From NCBI GenBank assembly GCA_009877105.1, contig WXFD01000006.1, positions 155,292 to 219,291 of the forward strand: a DNA stretch of 64,000 nt, written 5' to 3'. Below the pieces are notes generated by a model. That model worked only from the letters and a program-made list of their open reading frames with translations. It searched no databases and was not told the origin of the DNA. Of the stretch, positions 28,237-38,061 are shown piece after piece (position 1 is the stretch's first letter; each line of letters starts with the position of its first letter). This DNA comes from Bacteroidales bacterium. GTDB lineage: Bacteria > Bacteroidota > Bacteroidia > Bacteroidales > VadinHA17. The translations under genes were made by a program, and so were the position numbers.

Positions 28237-29574
28237 TTAAGCCTGGGGAACATATGGCAGGCCGGCAATCGGCACTTCCTTAGGAATATCAACCGGACCG
28301 AAAACAAACACCTTGGGACCAAGCTTCAGATCCGAGTTCATCATTTCTTCGTAAGTTGTTTCCTTGCCCGTGTAAGCCGACACGCGGCCCATAATGGCCA
28401 CCATGGTGGAAATTGCGGTATTTTCCAGTTCATTGAATGGTTTGCCTGTGCGTATTGCGGTTACAAGATCGATATGCTCCTGAACATATGGATCAACGCT
28501 TACGGTGTTCGTAGGTTTCTGATCCTTGTCGAGAGGGTATTCATATTTCCATATTTCTTCACCGTCAAGGCTGAGAATTGAATTCTGGCAGTTCGTGGAT
28601 CCCTTGGTACCCTGAAGGCGTTCCGAGACATTATTGGCACAGCCGTTTATCTGGCGGCACATGCTGTGAATATGGGTTCCGTTTTCAAATGTATAGTCGA
28701 CGCTGAAATTATCATACTGGTCGCCGGTTACACGTCTGAGCCTCGATCCCATACCGACTGCCTTGACGGGATGTTTGCCTGTGAACCAGTTTGCCACATC
28801 CAGGTTATGAACATGCTGTTCAACAATATGATCGCCCGACAGCCACGTCCAGTTGACCCAGTCACGGATCATCCATTCCATTTCCGTCCAGTCGGGGTTT
28901 TTATCGCGGTGCCATAGCTTCCCTCCGTTCCACCATACATTTCCTCCCGTCAGTTCGCCGATAATCCCCTGCTGAACCTGCTGCCAGGTGGCGACATAAT
29001 CGCGCTGGTGACGGCGCTGGGTACCGGTTACAATACTAAGTTCCAAGCCCTCGGCTTTCTTTGCAGTTGCCATAACCGACCTGGCTCCTACCGGGTCCAC
29101 GCAAACAGGTTTCTCGGAAAAAATATGCTTCCTGGCCTGAACGGCTGCGGCCAGGTGTTCCGGTCGGAAAAATGGAGGAGTGGCAAGAATGACAATATCA
29201 ACTCCTGAATCTATTACCTTCTGATAGGCATCGAATCCAACGAAGCAGTTCTCAGCAGGCACTTCCTGGCCTTTCTCCTGAAGAATTCTCTCCCTGCAAT
29301 TGTCGACGCGATCCTTGAAGGTGTCCGCAAGGGCGGTTACCTGAAGATTTGGACCGGCACTAAGGAAGTTGATCGCTGCCCCTGTTCCGCGTCCTCCGCA
29401 ACCGATCACGCCGGCTTTAAGCACCGCTCCGTCGGGAGCCTGATCTAGAAAATTTGGTACTGCAACAACTTTTCTGGGCTGGCTGCTGCATCCTGTAATA
29501 ATTGTTGGCAATACTATCCCTGCAGCTGCAGCTTTGCCAAAAAAATCACGTCTTGAGATACTGGATTTTTTCAT
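28237..29574 (-). CDS. Gfo/Idh/MocA-family NAD(P)-dependent oxidoreductase with Tat-type signal
   Basis: SRRDFFGKAAAAG twin-arginine signal, GVIGCGGRGTGAA Rossmann motif and EKP motif (IFSEKPV). Confidence 0.85.
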   Translation of the reverse strand: MKKSSISRRDFFGKAAAAGIVLPTIITGCSSQPRKVVAVPNFLDQAPDGAVLKAGVIGCGGRGTGAAINFLSAGPNLQVTALADTFKDRVDNCRERILQEKGQEVPAENCFVGFDAYQKVIDSGVDIVILATPPFFRPEHLAAAVQARKHIFSEKPVCVDPVGARSVMATAKKAEGLELSIVTGTQRRHQRDYVATWQQVQQGIIGELTGGNVWWNGGKLWHRDKNPDWTEMEWMIRDWVNWTWLSGDHIVEQHVHNLDVANWFTGKHPVKAVGMGSRLRRVTGDQYDNFSVDYTFENGTHIHSMCRQINGCANNVSERLQGTKGSTNCQNSILSLDGEEIWKYEYPLDKDQKPTNTVSVDPYVQEHIDLVTAIRTGKPFNELENTAISTMVAIMGRVSAYTGKETTYEEMMNSDLKLGPKVFVFGPVDIPKEVPIAGLPYVPQA

Positions 29575-29681
29575 GTCGGAAAGGATTTATGAATATCTTA
29601 ATAAAATACTGGCTATCAAGGCAACTGTAACTAATCAAATGTAAATATAGTTATTTTAAATTATCATTGTCAGGCCTTTAT

Positions 29682-31220
29682 TTAAGGTTTTTTAACTTCC
29701 TTTCCCGTCTTTTCATCATACTCACACACAACCCTGAATCCCACATTAAAACAGTCTGAATACCACCAGATGCTTTTAGGCATTTGCGGATCTGTTTTCA
29801 GCCACGCTTCAGTCCTGGTATAATCGCGTGCTGCACTGCGGACCAATCCTGCCGGATTCATGAAACTTCCACCACGGATAACATGCTCCGAACCTGTTTC
29901 AGGTCCTTTCGGATCCCGGATGGTTCCTCCGGGATATTCCGAATATGCATTTGGCTGATACCAGTCGGAACAGAACTCGGCAACGTTCCCCAGCATATTG
30001 ATCAATCCAAACGGGTTTGGCTTCACAAAATCAGGAGGCTGGGTTTTAGACGGGCTGTTTTCGTTATAAACTACATAGCTGTTGATGACAGCCGTATCAT
30101 TTTTGGATATCCTTGCCCTGAGCCCCGACTTCTCGAATTTTCTCGGATCACCTTCAAAAAAGTAAGGTCCGGTCGTACCTGCCCTGCAGGCATACTCCCA
30201 TTCAGCTTCAGTGGGCAGCCTGTAATTTTTTCCGGTCACCTGCGACAGCCATTTGCAATAAGTCTCAGCAGCATGGAAGGAGAACGAAATAGCAGGGCGT
30301 TGTCCCAGGCCCCATCCCTGGTCGGGCTGGCCGTAAGGCGGGGTAGCCCCGGAAATGGCATCAGTCCTGGCCCCTGCCGAAATTTCGTTTCTGAGCCCTT
30401 CCGTATCGGTTGAGCGCCCCTCAACTGAAGTCTGCACATAGAATGCCAGGTACTCATCCCACGTTACCTCTGTCTGCCCCATGAAGAACGGACTTATCTC
30501 AACCGTCCTCACCGGTCCTTCATCGGGCTTTCTGAAAGGTTCATCCTCAGGACTGCCCATTTCAAACGTTCCTCCCGGAATTGCAACCATTTCGAAAGAA
30601 ACGGATGAGGCCGGAATCTTTTCCGTGAAATTTTCAAACCCGGTGACAATAGCAGGTTCGGAAAAGATTTCCTTTGGAGCTGAGGATACCTTGCCGAATG
30701 TTACATTGCTCCCGTGAGTGTAGCCCTCAATGTAGTGACCGGCATTCAGATGACAGTTAATACAGTACAGATCAGGAGTCTTTGGCTGCTGGGTATAATA
30801 CAGATGCGCATCCTCCCCCTCTTTTGTGAGCTTTGCAGGAAAAAGATTCTCATGGCATTTGATACAGGAGCTTTCATAAACATGCTTCCTGGCATATTCA
30901 AGCCGTCCTTTTGCTTCCCAGTCAAAGGAAGCCGAATCCCTGAAAATATAGCTCCACAGATCGCGCAGCCCGGTTTTTCCTTTTTCCCAAAGAAACCCCT
31001 CTCCCTTTGGGGGCAGATGACACTCGGCACATCCTACCCGATAGCCGGATTTTGTATCATAATGAACTGACTTCTTCCATTCAGCATCAGCAACGGGATG
31101 AATGTGACAAGAAACGCAGAACTTATTGGTTGAGGTTATATCCACCGCCCGCTGGGCACCAAGTATGACAAGCGCCCCGGCAATCAGCCCCGGGGTGAAC
31201 CATAACATGAGTTTCTTCAT
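29682..31220 (-). CDS. membrane-anchored NapC/NirT-type tetraheme cytochrome c fused to an FGE-sulfatase (SUMF1-like) domain
   Basis: N-terminal TM helix, then four CXXCH motifs (CVSCH, CAECH, CIKCH, CINCH). The C-terminal half has YRLPTEAEWEYACRAG, GLINMLGNVAEF and VIRGGSF, the hallmarks of the FGE-sulfatase fold. Confidence 0.8.
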   Translation of the reverse strand: MKKLMLWFTPGLIAGALVILGAQRAVDITSTNKFCVSCHIHPVADAEWKKSVHYDTKSGYRVGCAECHLPPKGEGFLWEKGKTGLRDLWSYIFRDSASFDWEAKGRLEYARKHVYESSCIKCHENLFPAKLTKEGEDAHLYYTQQPKTPDLYCINCHLNAGHYIEGYTHGSNVTFGKVSSAPKEIFSEPAIVTGFENFTEKIPASSVSFEMVAIPGGTFEMGSPEDEPFRKPDEGPVRTVEISPFFMGQTEVTWDEYLAFYVQTSVEGRSTDTEGLRNEISAGARTDAISGATPPYGQPDQGWGLGQRPAISFSFHAAETYCKWLSQVTGKNYRLPTEAEWEYACRAGTTGPYFFEGDPRKFEKSGLRARISKNDTAVINSYVVYNENSPSKTQPPDFVKPNPFGLINMLGNVAEFCSDWYQPNAYSEYPGGTIRDPKGPETGSEHVIRGGSFMNPAGLVRSAARDYTRTEAWLKTDPQMPKSIWWYSDCFNVGFRVVCEYDEKTGKEVKKP

Positions 31221-31485
31221 AAATTTAAAAATGTGCGGGTCAAGATAAAAAATAATCTCATTCGTAAAACTGAATAAATCATGATTTAAAAGGAAAAAGT
31301 GAATTTTTAAAATTCAGGACGAATCCCGGCAAGCATTTCTTATTTTTACGATTTCTGACAAGAAGATATAACACACATGACTGACAAAAATTCAAATATG
31401 AATGAAAATAATCGTGTTCAATCATTTATGATTCCCTGCCGCGGGAGTCAGACAGGCATACGAACAAAAACAATTAATTATTTTT

Positions 31486-31592
31486 ATATGAAACCCACAT
31501 GATACAAAATCACAAACAAGCATGAAAATAAAATCCATTTTGGACTCCATGTGAATCACTTAACATTCAGTAGTATATAAAATTCTTCTCAC
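31486..31592 (+). promoter_or_regulatory. conserved leader, copy A (paralogous to 63418..63522)
   Basis: About 83 percent identity, with 2 single-base gaps, to the sequence directly upstream of the ATG at 63523. Similarity begins at atatgaaaccc and ends at the start codon. Confidence 0.6.
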
Positions 31593-33023
31593 ATGAAAAA
31601 GTATTTTTTTATTGCCATATTCCTAATTCTGAATTTCACCCTGCTGGCTCATCCGTGGAAACCATCACATTATGTAATAATCGATACCGACGGAGGAATA
31701 GACGATATGAGGGCAATAACAATGTTCCTGGCATCGCCCGATGTAAGGGTTCTGGCTGTTATCGCCTCATCCGGCACCCTTTCCGCTGAAAATACCTACA
31801 GGAAGGTAAGGAGCCTGCTGAACTCCTATTTTCATGAAGGGGTACCGGTGGGAATAAACAGCAGTGTAAGTTTCAAATCACCAGATATCAGCATGGCACT
31901 GAAAACACAGTGGGGTGATGAAACAAACCTGTCACCGCAGGATGCACCGGCGGCCCTGGATCTAATCAGCTGGGTCTTTTCCGAGGAAAAGACCCAAATA
32001 TCATTTGTTTCGCTTGGAGGACTGACAACTGCATGGACGGCATTTAACGCGATCCCGTCGTTCAGCCGGCAGGTGAAAGAGATTGTTTGGAGTGCTGATG
32101 GATTTTCGGATACCAAAGGATTCAATTACAATATTGATAAAAAGGCTGCGGCAGGTATACTGAAAGGGAGTATTCCCGTAAAAATCATAAAGCCGGCCGG
32201 TGAAAAGGAGTTTTATAACACTGAACTGATTGCGGATATATCCGGGATATGCAGTATCTATGCAGAAAAGTTATCTGTTTTTTTCAGTTCTGCAACTGAT
32301 GCCGGACATGATTTTATATATGCCGCGACCGATGAAACGATCCCTCTTTTTATTCATTTTCCGGCGCTGTTCAATACAACTGCCTCCGGTATTAATTCAG
32401 AATCCCGGGCAGCTGATATAAATCAACTGAGGGAAAAGACCCTGGCAATTCTGAAAGGAGAAACAGTTGAACGGAACCAGGTGATAAAGGAATTTCCAGA
32501 TAATCCGGCATTCTATTTCGACGATCTGAAGGATCATGTTTCAGAAATTATAAAAAAATACGGTATTGATGAATGGAGTTCAGGTGTATTGGCCAACGAA
32601 CTTCACCGGCATCTAGGAGTGTTCGCCATTATAGGCGTCAAAATGGGAATTAGGGCAAGGGAATATTTCAACACCGGTGTCGATGAATTCAGGACCACAT
32701 CCTATGCCGGGTCCATTACCCCGGTAAGCTGTTTCAACGACGGTCTGCAGGTTAGCACTGGATCCACTCCCGGGCATGGATTGCTGAAGGTGGTCGACGA
32801 TGTACCGGCAAAACCAATGGCGGAATTCAGTTATATGAACAGGAAGATCAGACTCACCCTGAGGCCTGATATTGCCGAAAAGATCATCTCCGAACTGAAA
32901 GAGATCAATTTTATTTACGGGCTCGACAGTAATATTTACTGGGAGCTTGTAAGGAAGAACACCATCAGGTACTGGCTCAGTCTCGACAGGCACGAGATAT
33001 TTGAAATTGAGGAAATAATTTAG
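31593..33023 (+). CDS. secreted fusion: nucleoside hydrolase-like domain + FmdE-like domain
   Basis: Signal peptide. VIIDTDGGIDDMRA is the DXDXXXDD motif of inosine-uridine nucleoside hydrolases. C-terminal HRHLGVFAIIGVKMG...CFNDGLQVSTGSTPGHG resembles the FmdE/FwdE domain motifs. Confidence 0.6.
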   Translation: MKKYFFIAIFLILNFTLLAHPWKPSHYVIIDTDGGIDDMRAITMFLASPDVRVLAVIASSGTLSAENTYRKVRSLLNSYFHEGVPVGINSSVSFKSPDISMALKTQWGDETNLSPQDAPAALDLISWVFSEEKTQISFVSLGGLTTAWTAFNAIPSFSRQVKEIVWSADGFSDTKGFNYNIDKKAAAGILKGSIPVKIIKPAGEKEFYNTELIADISGICSIYAEKLSVFFSSATDAGHDFIYAATDETIPLFIHFPALFNTTASGINSESRAADINQLREKTLAILKGETVERNQVIKEFPDNPAFYFDDLKDHVSEIIKKYGIDEWSSGVLANELHRHLGVFAIIGVKMGIRAREYFNTGVDEFRTTSYAGSITPVSCFNDGLQVSTGSTPGHGLLKVVDDVPAKPMAEFSYMNRKIRLTLRPDIAEKIISELKEINFIYGLDSNIYWELVRKNTIRYWLSLDRHEIFEIEEII

Positions 33024-33025
33024 TT

Positions 33026-34654
33026 TTACTCCTTATTGTACTCGTCAAAGAAGTCATTGCCCTTGTCGTCGGTAATGATGAATGCCGCCATGTTCTCCAC
33101 CCTTATTTTTCTCACGGCTTCCATTCCCAGATCCCCGAAATCGACCAGTTCGACCGATTTAATATTCTCCTCGGCCAGAATGGCTGCGGGGCCGCCGATC
33201 GATCCCAGGTAAAATCCGCCGTACTTCCTGCACGAATCGATCACCTGTCTGTTCCGGTTGCCTTTGGCTATCATTATAAGGGAGCCTCCCATGCTCTGGA
33301 AAAGGTCCACGTAGCTGTCCATCCTGCCTGCTGTGGTTGGCCCAAAACTCCCCGAAGGCTTGCCGGCAGGTGTTTTGGCCGGACCGGCATAATAAACAGG
33401 GTGGTTTTTGAAGTATTTCGGCATGGGTTGTCCTTCATCTATCATTTTCTTTATCCGGGCATGAGCTATGTCGCGGGCAACTATCAATGTTCCGCGAAGG
33501 TTCAGCCGGGTTCTGACGGGATACCTGGTAAGCTCGGCAAGTATTTCCTTCATTGGACGGTCGAGGTCCAGCTCAACGGGTTTCTCAAGTTCCGGTGCCT
33601 TTTCTGGCAGGAAACGTGCCGGGTCCTTTTCCAGCTCTTCCATAAAAATACCATTCGCGTCTATCCTTGCCCTGATATTCCTGTCGGCGCTGCAACTGAC
33701 CCCAAGTCCAACGGGACAGGATGCAGCGTGGCGGGGAAGTCGTATAACCCTGACATCATGCACGAAATATTTGCCTCCGAACTGGGCCCCTACCCCGTAT
33801 TCGTGACAAATCTTTTCTATCCTTTGTTCCCAGGCGATATCCCTGAATGCCCGTCCGGCCTCGTTCCCGGTCACCGGAAGATCATCGAGATAGCCTGCAG
33901 AGGCTTCCTTCACAGCCTTCAGCGTTGCTTCCGCTGAAGTACCGCCGATCACCAGCGCAAGATGATACGGAGGGCATGCTGAAGTGCCCAGATCCTTAAT
34001 TTTTTCCCTGACAAATTTTTCCAGCGATTCCTCATTCAGCAACGATTTGCTCTCCTGATAAAGGTAAGTCTTGTTAGCCGATCCTCCTCCCTTTGTTATG
34101 AAAAGGAACTCGTATACATTACCTTCCGTTGCGTAAATATCAATCTGGGCAGGAAGATTTGTTCCGGAATTCTTTTCTTCGAACATGGTGTAGGGCACAA
34201 TCTGGGAATACCGGAGATTCCTATCCTGAAATGTCCTGTAAATACCTTTCGAAAGATGCAGGGCATCATTGGCTCCGGTATAGACATCCTCTCCCTTTTT
34301 CCCCATCACAATTGCGGTGCCGGTGTCCTGGCACCATGGCAGTTCTCCGCGCGCTGATATTACCGAGTTACGGATCATTACATAGGCCACGAACCTGTCA
34401 TTATCTGTTGCCTCAGGATCATCAATGATTTTCCTGAGTTTTTCGATGTGTGATGTCCTCAGGTAAAAGGAAAGATCCGAAACCGCCATGGCGGCAAGGA
34501 GTTCAAGTCCCTCCGGATCCACCTTGAGAACTTTTCTGCCACCCGATTCGACAATTTTTACAAAATCACCTGCCAGTTTACGATACCTGGTTGAATCCCC
34601 TCCGGTCTGAAAGGGTTTTTCATAAATAAAATCGGCCATATCTCTGTTATTCAA
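33026..34654 (-). CDS. class I (Fe-S dependent) fumarate hydratase
   Basis: 542 aa single-chain enzyme. [11 protein letters not shown] and the C-terminal beta-domain pattern are typical of FumA/FumB-type enzymes. Confidence 0.9.
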   Translation of the reverse strand: MNNRDMADFIYEKPFQTGGDSTRYRKLAGDFVKIVESGGRKVLKVDPEGLELLAAMAVSDLSFYLRTSHIEKLRKIIDDPEATDNDRFVAYVMIRNSVISARGELPWCQDTGTAIVMGKKGEDVYTGANDALHLSKGIYRTFQDRNLRYSQIVPYTMFEEKNSGTNLPAQIDIYATEGNVYEFLFITKGGGSANKTYLYQESKSLLNEESLEKFVREKIKDLGTSACPPYHLALVIGGTSAEATLKAVKEASAGYLDDLPVTGNEAGRAFRDIAWEQRIEKICHEYGVGAQFGGKYFVHDVRVIRLPRHAASCPVGLGVSCSADRNIRARIDANGIFMEELEKDPARFLPEKAPELEKPVELDLDRPMKEILAELTRYPVRTRLNLRGTLIVARDIAHARIKKMIDEGQPMPKYFKNHPVYYAGPAKTPAGKPSGSFGPTTAGRMDSYVDLFQSMGGSLIMIAKGNRNRQVIDSCRKYGGFYLGSIGGPAAILAEENIKSVELVDFGDLGMEAVRKIRVENMAAFIITDDKGNDFFDEYNKE

Positions 34655-34955
34655 TTAACAATGAATTTATTGCAGGATACTGCAGAATCTTTGTCAAAGA
34701 TAGGAACAAAACGGGAATGATATTCTCCAAAGTTTTCCACAACCGTGAACAATCCCGGGCGCTAAAGTTCTGACAACACAGTTGCCGCATACCGTTCTCC
34801 AGTCCTGGTGCGGGTATTTTGGAAGATGCTTATCAAATGCATATGGGATTTTGGTGGCCTGTGCAGGTCAGGGTATAATTTCTCCGGGTGAATTTATTAC
34901 ATCAATACGGGTTTTTAAGAATAATATCCCTGTCCAGGCAAACCTAGCGGAGGAG

Positions 34956-35804
34956 TTATTTACGGAGGATCTCACTGAAACTGAACTTTCTTCCGGGCCT
35001 GATCCCTTTGGGCGTCATTTCCAATGTACAACATTCCGTAAGTTCGTCATGCTGAAATACAATTATGTGGTTCTTGTCCAGAGCCTCATTCAGTAACCTG
35101 TTTTTTTCCTCGATGGTCCTGAGGGTTTCAATATCATAACTCATGTTCCACAATAGCGGAACATGGGCCGCGGTTGGTATAAGGTCGCCCGCGAACACAA
35201 TGGTTTTGCCGTTATAATCAATCATTGCATACATCAGGCCGGGGGTGTGCCCATAGCAGATCCTGACTGAAAATCCCCTGAACAGCTCACAATCCTCATC
35301 GATTAAGTTAAGCCGGCCGCCATGCATCAGTGGAAGAATATTTTCCTCAAGGAAGGAATCCTCTTCGCGCGGATTGTTTTTCACAGCCCATTCCCATTGA
35401 ACACGGCTCACATGGAGGGCAGCATTTGGGAACACCATCTTGGTTGTCCGGCCATCATTGCTCAGCCGTGTTGCGCCTCCGCAATGGTCAGCATGCAGAT
35501 GTGTGAAAACAACATCGGTAATATCGTTTCCCGAATAGCCCAGCCTGCGAAGGCCTTCAATAAGGCCTTCGCCCCCACTCAGATTCAGGTGTCTGAAAAA
35601 TTTTGCATCCTGTTTGTCACCCCAGCCGGTGTCAACAAGTATAACATGACCGTCGGTTTCCGCAACAATCGATCTGAGCGCCAGAACAATAAAATTATTT
35701 TCATCGGGAACACAGACCCTTGACCATAAAACCCTGGGAATAACTCCGAACATTGCTCCGCCATCAACCTTGAAATTAGTGATATTGAAAAGATTAAGCT
35801 TCAT
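34956..35804 (-). CDS. MBL-fold metallo-hydrolase
   Basis: THLHADHCGG is the HxHxDH motif. Confidence 0.8.
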   Translation of the reverse strand: MKLNLFNITNFKVDGGAMFGVIPRVLWSRVCVPDENNFIVLALRSIVAETDGHVILVDTGWGDKQDAKFFRHLNLSGGEGLIEGLRRLGYSGNDITDVVFTHLHADHCGGATRLSNDGRTTKMVFPNAALHVSRVQWEWAVKNNPREEDSFLEENILPLMHGGRLNLIDEDCELFRGFSVRICYGHTPGLMYAMIDYNGKTIVFAGDLIPTAAHVPLLWNMSYDIETLRTIEEKNRLLNEALDKNHIIVFQHDELTECCTLEMTPKGIRPGRKFSFSEILRK

Positions 35805-35997
35805 TTATCCCGGTTTGAACACAATAATGGCAAAAATAATTATTTGACCCGGGAAAAATCCGATTCATGTGTTATGGCAGTAAAAAAGTTTGTTACAGTG
35901 ATTATCGGGGCCTGTCAATTTGAAAAAATCGATTATTTTTAGGGCTGAATAATAAGCTATCCCGTTTTCCAGTAAGAAAAAACAAAAATCTGACTGT

Positions 35998-36861
35998 ATG
36001 AAAAAGTTATTGCTTCCAGTGATTATATTTTTATTCCCACAGGTTATGCCAGCTCAGACCGGAAAAGTCATGGACAATATGTCGATGCCAAGCAAGATAT
36101 TAAAAATGGACAGGAAATTTGCCGTTTACCTGCCACCCGACTATGAAACCTCTCAAAGGGCTTACCCGGTACTGTATCTGTTGCATGGTTACGGTGATGA
36201 TCAGACCGGTTGGGTGCAGTTCGGAGAGGTTCAGCATATAACTGACAAGGCAATAAATGAAGGCAAGGCAACGCCTATGGTAATAATAATGCCCGATGCA
36301 AACACCGGGAAGGTGGGTTATGTCAATGATATCAAGGGAGAGTGGCGATATGAGGATTTCTTTTTTGATGAGCTGATGCCATACGTTGAAAAGATTTTCC
36401 GCATAAAAGGTGAAAAGAATTACCGTGCAATTGCCGGGTTATCGATGGGAGGAGAAGGAACTTTCATTTATGCGCTCCATCGTCCGGAATTGTTTTCTTC
36501 TGCCTGCCCCCTCAGCGCCGCAACCGGTCCGGAAAATATTGAGGAGACGGGTCAGTACATACTGTGGCCTGCCGTAAAAAGAATATCCGGTGCCGAAAGG
36601 GATAAGTATTTCAATAATTACAGTGTCCTGAGTCTGATAAACAATATTCAGGAAAAAAACAAGAAAGCCGTAAGATGGTACATCGACTGCGGTGATGATG
36701 ATTTCCTCTTTGAGGGAAATTCGCTTGTCCACATAGCAATGCGGAAGAAGGAGATTCCCCATGAGTTCAGGATCCGCGACGGCGGCCACACCTGGTCGTA
36801 CTGGAGAAGCGCTTTGCCATCGGTTCTTGAATTCATTTCGATGAGCTTCCATCAGCACTGA
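35998..36861 (+). CDS. secreted esterase-family alpha/beta hydrolase (esterase D / putative esterase type)
   Basis: Signal peptide, YPVLYLLHGYGDDQTGW and the GLSMGG nucleophile elbow. Confidence 0.8.
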   Translation: MKKLLLPVIIFLFPQVMPAQTGKVMDNMSMPSKILKMDRKFAVYLPPDYETSQRAYPVLYLLHGYGDDQTGWVQFGEVQHITDKAINEGKATPMVIIMPDANTGKVGYVNDIKGEWRYEDFFFDELMPYVEKIFRIKGEKNYRAIAGLSMGGEGTFIYALHRPELFSSACPLSAATGPENIEETGQYILWPAVKRISGAERDKYFNNYSVLSLINNIQEKNKKAVRWYIDCGDDDFLFEGNSLVHIAMRKKEIPHEFRIRDGGHTWSYWRSALPSVLEFISMSFHQH

Positions 36862-36882
36862 AAAACAGTTTATCCGGAGTTT

Positions 36883-38061
36883 TCAGTTAGACGGCTTCTT
36901 TTTCCTGGAAGTCATCTGCGCCATTATGCGCATGAAGAGCCTGATCATCTGATACGACATCCATCCCCTGAGCTGCGAATACCAGGTCCTGCGCCTCAGA
37001 TATTCTTCAAATGTTATCTGCCTGCAATCGTTCCTGATAATTTCCGAAAGAAGATCCTCGAATTTCCGGGTAAAAGCCGTGTCAGTCACACCCACGTTCA
37101 TTTCTATGCTCCCGTAGTCGCTGATATGATTCAGATTATAACTGCCAATAGTGCACCATTTTCCGTCGACAGCGGCCACCTTTGCATGAAGGTTGGCAGG
37201 CAGGTATTCATAAATCGTGATATTGTTCCTTAAAATATATTCATAAAGAAAACGTGTTGCACGCTTGAACATGGGAGCATCAGATTCTGCCGTGAGGACT
37301 ATTTTTATATCCACACCCCTCGTGCTTGCCTGCCTCAGCAGTTTCCTTTCGAGGCGCCCCGGAAGAAAGTAACTGGCAAGAATGATCATCCTCAAATGGG
37401 CATGTTTGAATGCATGCCGGTAACTCCTGAGTATTTCTATCTTGTTGCGGTACCAGTTATTTTCGAGAACCCTGAGCCTGATATTCTCTTCATAGGTTTT
37501 GATCTGGCTGGCAGTCTCATGAGCCCGCTCTTGCCTGGAAATAAATGTTTTGTTCCAATGCCTCCTGAGAATACTGTTTACGTGCACGCACTCAGGTCCT
37601 TTCATCAAAACAGCAAAATCGAGCCATTCTTTTTTTTGCGGAGTTCCGTGATAGCGGTCAGCATAGTTCATCCCTCCGATTATTGCAGCTTCGCCATCAA
37701 CGAGAAGTACCTTGTGATGAAGGCGGAGACTGAGCTGGAAACCTTTCTTGATAAAAACCGGGGAGAAAAACCTGAAAAGGATCCCGGAGCTTTCAATCCT
37801 TTTGATCAACCCACCGGAAAGGTATTTTGTACCGAAAGCATCGAGAAGCAGATATATCCTGACTCCCCTTTCAGCGGCTCTGATCAGTGCGTCGATCACT
37901 CTCAGGCCAGTCTGATCCTCATCAACAATGTAGGTTTGGAAATGTATATATCGTTTGGCCTCATTTATCAGCCTGACATTCTCGGCAAAAAACTGCTCAC
38001 CGCTCCGCAACAGTTCCAGTGAGTGACCCCCGATATAGTCGCGCTTCAGTCTTGTATCCAT
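36883..38061 (-). CDS. phospholipase D-superfamily protein, cardiolipin synthase-like
   Basis: Two HKD motifs (HHKVLLVDGEAAIIGGMN and LHAKVAAVDGKWCTIGSYN). The start is uncertain: ATG at 38061 or 38085, while the tracked ORF begins further upstream at 38202. Confidence 0.8.
   Translation of the reverse strand: MDTRLKRDYIGGHSLELLRSGEQFFAENVRLINEAKRYIHFQTYIVDEDQTGLRVIDALIRAAERGVRIYLLLDAFGTKYLSGGLIKRIESSGILFRFFSPVFIKKGFQLSLRLHHKVLLVDGEAAIIGGMNYADRYHGTPQKKEWLDFAVLMKGPECVHVNSILRRHWNKTFISRQERAHETASQIKTYEENIRLRVLENNWYRNKIEILRSYRHAFKHAHLRMIILASYFLPGRLERKLLRQASTRGVDIKIVLTAESDAPMFKRATRFLYEYILRNNITIYEYLPANLHAKVAAVDGKWCTIGSYNLNHISDYGSIEMNVGVTDTAFTRKFEDLLSEIIRNDCRQITFEEYLRRRTWYSQLRGWMSYQMIRLFMRIMAQMTSRKKKPSN

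Noticed and set aside
31488-31502. An upstream mini-ORF in the conserved leader (ATG AAA CCC ACA TGA, MKPT) acting as a regulatory leader peptide.
   Set aside because: In copy B the same ATG opens a different and longer peptide (MKPAWYKITN). Neither peptide length nor sequence is conserved, so conservation appears to be at the nucleotide level.
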